From contig OX597823.1 in NCBI GenBank assembly GCA_951406725.2, forward strand, positions 75,454,001 through 75,518,000: 64,000 nucleotides of DNA, in the 5' to 3' direction. The notes under the pieces were generated by a model. That model saw only the letters and a program-made list of their open reading frames with translations. It was not told where the DNA came from and searched no databases. The DNA comes from Octopus vulgaris. Its lineage: Eukaryota. The position numbers and the translations under genes are program-made. Numbering within the stretch: the stretch's first letter is position 1; the number at the start of each line of letters is the position of its first letter. Below, one piece after another: positions 55,272 through 64,000 of this stretch.

Positions 55272-55585
55272 GTGTAAATAAAATTGATGGTACATAGAGT
55301 TCCATCGATTAATACGTTCAAAAACGACAAATGCTCAGAGAAATAGAAATCAAGTACAAATATTCATCATATCCTTGTCAGTTATTAACCAGAGGGTATA
55401 ACGCAACTTCTGACTGTCAGACCGATAACTAATGAGGATTTGGTGAACTTCTATGCTTGCTTTCTGTTTGTTTCAAAAATTATTGTATATATTTCAGGTG
55501 CGCGTGCGTGTTTGTGTATGCATATGTTCACACGTGTGTACATATGAATGCATATGTGTCTATTAATACCCATATATGTATACAT

Positions 55586-55735
55586 GGTAAGAACGTTGCT
55601 TCTCACCTACATGATTCAGGGTTTTTTCTCACAGCGTGGAACGTTGTGTACATGTATTCTTATATAGCCCCAGGACAATCAAAGCCTTGCGATTGGATTT
55701 GGTAACAAGAAAGTCAAACCCATGGTATTATATAT
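55586..55735 (+). mobile_element. degenerate CORE-like SINE 5' part
   Basis: tatagccccaggacaatcaaagccttgcgattggatttggt aligns to 35432-35475. Confidence 0.7.
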
Positions 55736-55790
55736 ATATGTTTGCGTGTGTATGTGTGTGTGTGTATCTGTGTGTGTGCGTGCGTCTGTG

Positions 55791-56096
55791 TGTGAATACA
55801 ATATGTGACAATAATTCGGTAGCCATGCTAAAACTCCGAGTTTCGGATGTCGGGCCGGAAACCCACGCCGCCATCTCTTCAGTTATCCGGCCATCAAAAA
55901 AAAAAAAAATGGTATCAAAAATCGATGGCCGGATAACTGAAGAGATGGTTGCCTGGGTTTATGCCCTGACATCCGAAACTCGGAGTCTTAGCATGGTTAC
56001 CGAATTATTGTCACATATTATATTCACAGATAAATCCCTCTATTTACATAATATCGAGGTCTCTTTCATTATTTTGTTGTCTTACCTTTTCTATCA

Positions 56097-56100
<4 letters not shown>
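55791..56100. mobile_element. fold-back element (family A) with two hammerhead motifs
   Basis: 55791-55895 is the rc of 55924-56028, with an A-rich loop; family tail to 56100, then (TA)n. Confidence 0.9.
55932..55992 (+). ncRNA. putative minimal hammerhead ribozyme
   Basis: gataa-CTGAAGA(55937-43)-GATG..CATCC-GAAA(55975-78)-ctcgga-GTC(55985-87)-ttagc. Stem I 4/5 bp; stem II has one bulged C. Confidence 0.62.
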
Positions 56101-56184
<84 letters not shown>

Positions 56185-56248
56185 TCAATATGGTCTATGA
56201 CTATTTTAATTTTTTCCTACTAGGCCGCTGGTGGCAAAAGAATTCTAC

Positions 56249-56279
<31 letters not shown>

Positions 56280-56683
56280 GCCACCCTATATTGTTTAATT
56301 ATGAATTTTCTGGTTAATTCCGTAATGGAATCGACGGCTTATATTTATTTGCTGCCGATAAATTTGGCGCGAGTGCGACGATTTGAAAATTTTAGGTCAG
56401 ATATAAACTTGGCAACGTCGGAAATGCCTCGTGAAAATATCTGTTCCGTCTTGGGCTATTTCTTACTGAAGAATCTGAGGGCCTGTGGAAGATTGGCTTG
56501 ATTTAATTTAATCAGGTTAGTTTACCATTAATCAGCAGATGAAACGGTATATCGTATAAGAAATTACAGGGTAAATGTTTTTAAATTTTCTCCTGGTTTA
56601 CTGAATTAACTTTTATTTGCGGTTGAAGCTTTGGCTGTTATTTCTAGTGGGTGAATGGCCTATTATGGCCGTTCCTTTATTGT

Positions 56684-56781
<98 letters not shown>

Positions 56782-56817
56782 TTATATATATATATATATA
56801 TATATATACGCATTCAC

Positions 56818-56865
<48 letters not shown>

Positions 56866-56914
56866 TTGAAAGTGTACGTATAAATTTATGTAGGTATTAG
56901 TTAGAGGGTGTATG

Positions 56915-57195
56915 TTCGTGTTTCCTTGTCTTGACATTGCATGGATAGATGTAAAATGATTGTCACATTTTTAAAAGCAGTTTCGTTTATTTTCCAGTAT
57001 TTTACGAGACGATGCTTCGTCATTGGAAAATATTACCTGGCTTGAAAGCAGATGGATTTTGGGAGAGGATATGAGTCTCTCGGCAGACAATCTGCCTCTA
57101 ATAACTCCGCTAGTCAATGCAAACATGGAAAAAAAATATCAAGAGACGATGACATTGACGTCGATGAGGATGAAAGTGATGAAGATAATGATATA
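56915..57195 (+). mobile_element. degenerate SINE-like tail ending in (GAT)n
   Basis: tgcaaacatggaaaa...gatgac(gat)n terminus; recognised from recall only. Confidence 0.4.
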
Positions 57196-58828
57196 GTATG
57201 TGTGCTTGTGTTTATAAATGCATGAGTAGTAATGTTTTAAGGCATTTAATGACGCAATTATGCAAATATTATCCTGTTATTTGGCAATAATAATTTATGT
57301 CGAAGATATCAATAAACATATACGACAGTGCATGTTTCCCACATCTTCTGGTTTTTCCCAATTAATTCCTTAATTTGTTTCTATAAAACGTGGATCACTT
57401 AACAGAGTTTAATCCTCGCTCACTGCAATATACTTGAAATTACCTGACATTAAACTTTATATGTGCTGGGGCTCTACAGGATTTGCAGATTTCAAGAAAA
57501 TGGCAGAATAAATATACGATACTTAAGCTTCCACCCAGTCTTACGTATGTCTTATCTTTAATTACTTGTGAAGAAATGCCTCTTAAGAAGTCCAAGTTGA
57601 CTTGATTTTTGTGGAGGTAGGCTGGAAAAGCTATATGGATTTTCAGTCGATCTAATTTTGCGTTTATTAATGAACCTTTTAACCTTTCCACGATCGTGGG
57701 TGGTGCTGAGCCATTCTAAATTAGAATTTCACGAGGAGTAGGGACCGAAACCGGACGTGGTTCCTCCTGATGATGTCGTGAGCTAACTGGATCTTATAAA
57801 GGAGTTGTTGTGATAGCAGACCAAGAAATACTGTTGAAATTCCTGTTAATCACAGATATGAAACTATTTACATTTAATAAACAACTACATCTGAATACGT
57901 TGACCACAGCTTCAAAATAAACCCAGTGTTATTAATTAATAAGTAGAAGTCATAGGTGATTGATGTGGATGAAATTTTTATTTAAGCTAAGTGTACTTTT
58001 TTTATGACCACTAATAATTTCCTATTTGATGAGTCCAAAACAACTGTAATGCATTTGCCGCATGTTATTAGAAACAATATTACTTGTAATCGTATTAGAA
58101 ACAATATCAATTGTAATGGGTTTTCAAATGTTGTGATGGCTTATCTGATTAGATATCTGTTTGATTTCTGTAGATATTAAATTCCCCTAAAAGGATATTC
58201 GTCAAATAATTTCTCGTAAATATCCAATTAATTGAAGTTAAACGAAACAGTCTACTAAAACTCAGGCGTACTTCGGCTGTTGTATGTAAGTTCAAATTCG
58301 AATTCATGAGTCGCAGAAATGCATAAGTCGAATAACACATCTTGATCAAGCTTCAATGAAAAGGTTTGAAAATTACAACGCGTACTTATGTTGGGTAGAA
58401 GTATTCTTGTGTACGTCTGTTACTATGCGATATAAGTATAGATGCTCTCACCCCTTCTTTCTTTCTCTGTCACTCTCCCTCCCTCTACCTCTTTCTCTCT
58501 CACCCTTTTAACCTAAAATATTTCAAAATATTTTGGAAGTCTGTAGCTGAGCAACGTCTGACGTAATGGATGATTTCCCTTCAAAACCTACGCTCACGAC
58601 AACGGGGCGTATAAAATGAGTTTGCAATATTATTATTTGGTTTCACTTCCTTATTTCAACTTTTACTCGATGCCTGCACAATCTGGCCGGTGCATACTCT
58701 TCTTAGTCTACAACGATTTAGAATAGCTTTATATATTTGAATTAAGTCGAAAATTCTAATACTGTGCACTGCTTCTTACGCAAAAGAAAAATTTTCAGTA
58801 TGTGTATATGTATATAAATGTGTGCATA

Positions 58829-58903
<75 letters not shown>

Positions 58904-58939
58904 GTACGTACATATATGGATATATATATATAACTTATT

Positions 58940-59345
58940 CACCTAAGTTTTAATATCTACTTCGAAATACGAGTTATTGTACGCAAAAATACACCGGTCC
59001 CAGCGTCCCTGCCACTTTTGGAATCCGGTCTAAAAGTCCTTTTCCTTCAGTGATACTCTCCCTGGATCTCGACAACAGTGTTAAAACGGCGACCTTAGAG
59101 CTACATTTTCATCTGGGGAAGAGATGGAAGTCCACAGGTACTAAATCTGGCGAATAGGGTGACTTTGGAAGCCGTAACCTGTTTTTGGCGAGAAACTCAC
59201 GAGAGAGGTGGGCACAGTGGTAGGATGCATTGTCGCACGCTACAGATCCAGTCGCTTTCGCCGAACTTTTGAAGTGCCTGTACCACTGAGAACATTCTGC
59301 ACGAGCCATTGCCTCGTCGCAGAAATATTGCCGAAGTACTACGTA
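58940..59345 (-). mobile_element. internally deleted mariner remnant
   Basis: EAMARAECSQWYRHFKS joined to DNASYHCAHLSREFLAKN..SPYSPDLVPVDFHLFPR, then FQKWQGRWDRCI..YFE. Confidence 0.88.
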
Positions 59346-59646
59346 TTGTCTCTTACTTGTTCTTTCTCGAGCCATGAGTGGCTTATAACGGCCGGTTTCC
59401 GGGTTTCCGTGACGTATAGCTTTCCCAACTGGGCGGGACACCGGTCCGTCGCAGGCGAGCTGCAAGATGTAGGAGGAAATAGTGAGAGAAAGTTGTGGCG
59501 AAAGAGTCAGAAGAAGTTAGCCATTACCTTCTGCCGAAGATGCGTGAAGCTTAGATTTTTCGCTCATAAACACACACATCGCCCGGTCTAAGATTTGAAC
59601 CTGCGATCCCTCGAACGCGAGTCCGCTGCTCTAACCATATGCCTCC
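59346..59646 (-). mobile_element. tRNA-derived SINE with Meta-domain-like core
   Basis: Minus strand tggttagagc..ggttcaaatc A/B boxes; cctgcgacggaccggtgtcccgcccag..cacggaaaccc resembles the MetaSINE core. Confidence 0.7.
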
Positions 59647-59906
59647 TATGTATTGTCTATGTATCAGACGTACCAAGTTTAACGAAAGATTTCACATTGG
59701 TTCTCTGTTCCATGTTCCTGCCCGTAAAAATCTCGCAAACGAGAGCATACACGGGATCAGTTTGAAAAGTAGACATATTTATGTCACTCAGCACGCTGCC
59801 ACACGGTGACCACTGCTAGCTGTCATTGTGCACACAACCATCTTCTGTCATCTGTTGAACCTCTAGACAACTATTCCGAAAAATGTTTTGTTACCACTTC
59901 GTACGT

Positions 59907-59973
<67 letters not shown>

Positions 59974-59996
59974 CAGACACCCCTACATATGCACAG

Positions 59997-60051
<55 letters not shown>

Positions 60052-60468
60052 CATATGTGTGTATCTGTTTTTATGCATTAGAATTGGTATGTGCGACGTT
60101 ACATAAGTATATATATATATATATATATTCACTGCGAAATATTTATACATAAAGCCATATTATCGTATACAAGCATATATACCCAATAAAACATAAGGTC
60201 TAATAAATATATGCTTAACCCTACAGTTACGTCAAAACGAAAACATGCGCACTGTTAGACACATATATAGCCCACGCATACGTTATAAAACGACTCCAAA
60301 TATATAACATATAAAATATTCAAATATATAGTACGATACATGTATGGACATATACAACTATTTTCTAAATCATACATTCTATGAAAGCCGCAGGCAAACA
60401 TAAAAAAATATTTGTAATTCTATATATGTATATATGCACACATATAGGCACGAGCAGGCACACACATA

Positions 60469-60564
<96 letters not shown>

Positions 60565-61644
60565 GATATATATGTATATATTGCCTTGCTTCTCTCTCTC
60601 TCTTACTCTCTCTAACTCTCGTGTTACGATCTTTGCTATGGTTCCCTTTCTCTATTCTAGGAAATCAACTGCCACATCAACGAATGCGCTGTATTAACAG
60701 ATTGTGCGATGGTAACATCCGCCTAATCAACAACGACGACGATTACAAATAGTGACAATGGCGACATTATAAACAGGAATAATAGCCATGTCATTTACAA
60801 ATCTGTCGTGGACATTTATTTGCTCGGGGTTGTTTTTGTTTGTACGCCACAGTGATACAAATTTTATACTGGATAATGAAGTGAGAAAGTAAATAGAAAT
60901 ACGATGATGACGACGACGACGATGTTGATGATGACGATGATGGTGATAATGGAGATAATGATGTTGATAATGAAGATTACAATGATAAGAATAATAATAG
61001 ACGTTGTAGAGTTTTACTACGAGTAAAAGCCTGTAGCAAAAATAGCCAGAGTTGTTATAGCCTCCTCTTGAGGTAATAATGTGGAAATTTGTGATCGCAA
61101 AAAAAAAAACAGAATTACTGTTACCTTTTCTAAATTAGTTACATCCATATCAGAGACCGGAATCACTTTCGTACTCAGAGTTGGAAAAGCTGATAACAAG
61201 AAAAAGAGAGTAAATGATTTTCGATAGATATGCTATACGAACGCTTGCGCTGTGTGTTCCTCTCACTTGTATATATACTGATTCAATCCAATATAATACA
61301 TAGATGTACGTGTCAAATGGGTGCATAAGATATATATACATTTGTTTATGCATGGATTCGTGTGAATATGGCATGCATGGATTTTGTGTACAAGAAGGTT
61401 TGTTATCAGTTACTACTCTAATACAATTTATTCGTGAGAAACGGTTTTGTTACGTAGACGTGTCAATATGAATAATGGATAGATTCACGTCTTCGAGTGT
61501 AATATTCTTTAGGAAATGTCCAATACAATATGCATTAAGTGTTTCAATATATTCGAGCCATTAAGAAGCAGAAACCGTTTCTCCTAGTGTGTAGGGAGCC
61601 AATGCAATGAAATTAGTATATGAATATTAACAGAAATAGCCATG

Positions 61645-61678
61645 ATATGATATGATATATGATATGTGATATGTGATA

Positions 61679-61727
<49 letters not shown>

Positions 61728-61733
61728 TATATA

Positions 61734-61829
<96 letters not shown>

Positions 61830-61870
61830 TAGATAGATAGATAGATATAGATAGATAGACAGACATACAT
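61645..61870. repeat. (ATATG)n/(AT)n/(AGAT)n compound microsatellite
   Basis: Seen directly. Confidence 0.95.
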
Positions 61871-61883
61871 ATATGTACAAACA

Positions 61884-62089
61884 TTTACTCTCTTTACTCT
61901 CTTTTACTTGTTTCAGTCATTTGATTGTGGCCATACTAGAGCACCGACTTTAGTCGAGCAAATCGACCCCAGGACATATTCTGTGTAAGTCTAGTACTTA
62001 TTCTATCGGTGTGTTTTGCCGAACCGCTAAGTTTCGGGGACGTAAACACACCAGCATCATTTGTCAAGCGATGTTGGGGGTGGGGGCAA

Positions 62090-62128
<39 letters not shown>

Positions 62129-62275
62129 CATATATACGACGGATTTCTTTCAGTTTCCGACTACCAAATTCACTCAAAAGGCTTTGGTCGGCCCGAGGCT
62201 CTAGTAGAAGTTATTTGCCCAAAGTGCCACGAAGTGGGACTGAACCCGCAACCATGTGGTTGCTTAGCAAGCTAT
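61884..62275 (-). mobile_element. CORE-like SINE
   Basis: Reverse complement of the 35357-35746 family. Confidence 0.9.
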
Positions 62276-62307
62276 GTGTATATACATACATAAATGTATA
62301 TAATACA

Positions 62308-62343
<36 letters not shown>

Positions 62344-62369
62344 TATATATACGCGTCATATATATACGT

Positions 62370-63148
62370 GGACTGTGTTTCATAGAAAACAACTCTAACG
62401 TACGCAGAGTAAAGCCCTTTGGTACAGATTGACATGAACTCTGCTGTGCATGTGCATTAAGTTTTTGGGCTCTAGTTCACTTCAACTTTTTACAGCAGTG
62501 CTTGAAACCTGTGATCATAGCATTGACCAAAAGTAAGTTGAGCAGATAATCGGCATTAAATCTTGCCAACACCTTGGCGATAGCTCGTCTGGGGCCTAAG
62601 CAAAGTTTTCAAAAGTTTTTATCGTTCTATACACAACTGAACCCTGACTGTTTTTGGGGTCATATTAAAGCAGTTTTTGCACAAACTTGTCTGGTACGCG
62701 TCTCAAATATTTAGTGATAATTGAACCGTCACTAATCTGTACAGTTGCACGAACATGTGTGATGTTTTTTCAAATTCTGCTGGTTGCGGGTCTGCCAGAG
62801 CTTTCATCAATACCAGCACATTTTTAGCCATATTTGAAATTTGTGAACCATTCTCACACTTGGGTGCGGACCTTGCACCCCTGTCTATACAATTTCTATA
62901 AATTTGCGTGAGCATCTGAGCAGATATAGCCATGACAATTTTCTCTGTCGTGGTCAATGCGACGATCACACGCTACATACTTCCCTTCTAAGCACTGCTG
63001 TAAACAATGGAAGGGAAGTAGAGCAATGAAACTTAGTGCGCATGCAACAGCGGAGTCCGAGGTCAACCTTCGCCAAGCGGCTTTAGTCTGCTTGCTTTAC
63101 CTTCTTTACTATGGCAACAGTCTAAATACTTATTGATCAGACCTTATA
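62370..63148 (-). mobile_element. mariner remnant with one TIR
   Basis: TIR-like TA|taaggtctgatcaataagtat at the 63148 end; V*EWFTNFKYG*..DESSGRPATSR; ISDGS..LRRVPDKFVQKLL. Confidence 0.75.
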
Positions 63149-63150
63149 TT

Positions 63151-63192
<42 letters not shown>

Positions 63193-64000
63193 GTATTTTC
63201 TATGTATATAGCTACCTAGCTATGTATGTGATGATTATGAAAATGTAATGTACGTCAGCTGTAGCGCTGATAAACTTTCAGTATTTTGTATCTCCTACTG
63301 GCGTTCAGTAGTTGAAGAAAACAAATTAATTTAAGTAAGAAGTGAAAATGCATGACAGATGTTTCCCATCACTAAAGTGCCTCTTGCTTAGCAGAATCTC
63401 TCCCGTTGGTCACTCGGTGATTTAAAAATAACAAGAACTCCGTGCAATCACAACACTGCATGCTCTTTTATCCAGTAAAGCGTTAGCCAAAATTATTTAT
63501 TTTTCCTTATCCATCGGGCATAATTATCCTATAAGAAACATACATATGTATGTAATTATATATGTGTGTCTTTGTGTCTTCGTGTGTGCATATGCAAGTA
63601 TATACAAACATGTATACATATTTGTGTGCGTGTGTATGTGTGTGTGTTGTGCATTATGTGCGTGTGCGTACCTCTGTGTGTGTAATACCAAAAACGATTA
63701 TTCGTTTGGTCTAGTTTCCAGAGAGTAGTTGCTCGGTGCGATTGCCATCATTGTTGTTAGTTTAGTAGGTATGGAATCTAATGTTTACTCATATCTTCTA
63801 ATGTTACAAAAACGTGTTGCTTAATTTCATATTTCAGTCTTGTTTAGTGTCTTAGAGACGTTGGTGCTTTACGTTCTTACTCTTTCTTTGATTTAAGCTC
63901 AGAATTTAGATCCTTCTTTCGCTTGCAGCATTTTATCAGTACATATATTGCAGTTAATTCCTTTCCACTGAGGAGTAATTTCGTCTTCAAATGTCCACCG

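Overview
AT-rich, microsatellite-dense eukaryotic DNA with no intact host gene that I can recognise; it is probably intergenic or intronic. The repeat content resembles what I recall of Octopus/cephalopod genomes (inference, not searched). Nearly all ORF-track entries are microsatellite translations. The real coding signal comes from decayed transposons: an R4/Dong-like LINE in (TAA)n, a fairly young CR1-like LINE 3' fragment, a gag-knuckle LINE remnant, several Penelope-like (PLE) RT/GIY-YIG remnants, five mariner remnants, a MULE with foldback-type TIRs, and tRNA-derived SINEs. The most notable signal is a set of at least five sequence families of short PLE-terminal-type elements. They carry minimal type-I hammerhead ribozyme motifs (CUGANGA...GAAA-palindrome-UH), are usually arranged as fold-back palindromes, and sit against (TA)n tracts. 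One motif (26205-26280) looks intact. A recent ~1 kb inverted duplication starts at the end of one such hairpin. All alignments were done by eye, so boundaries are approximate.
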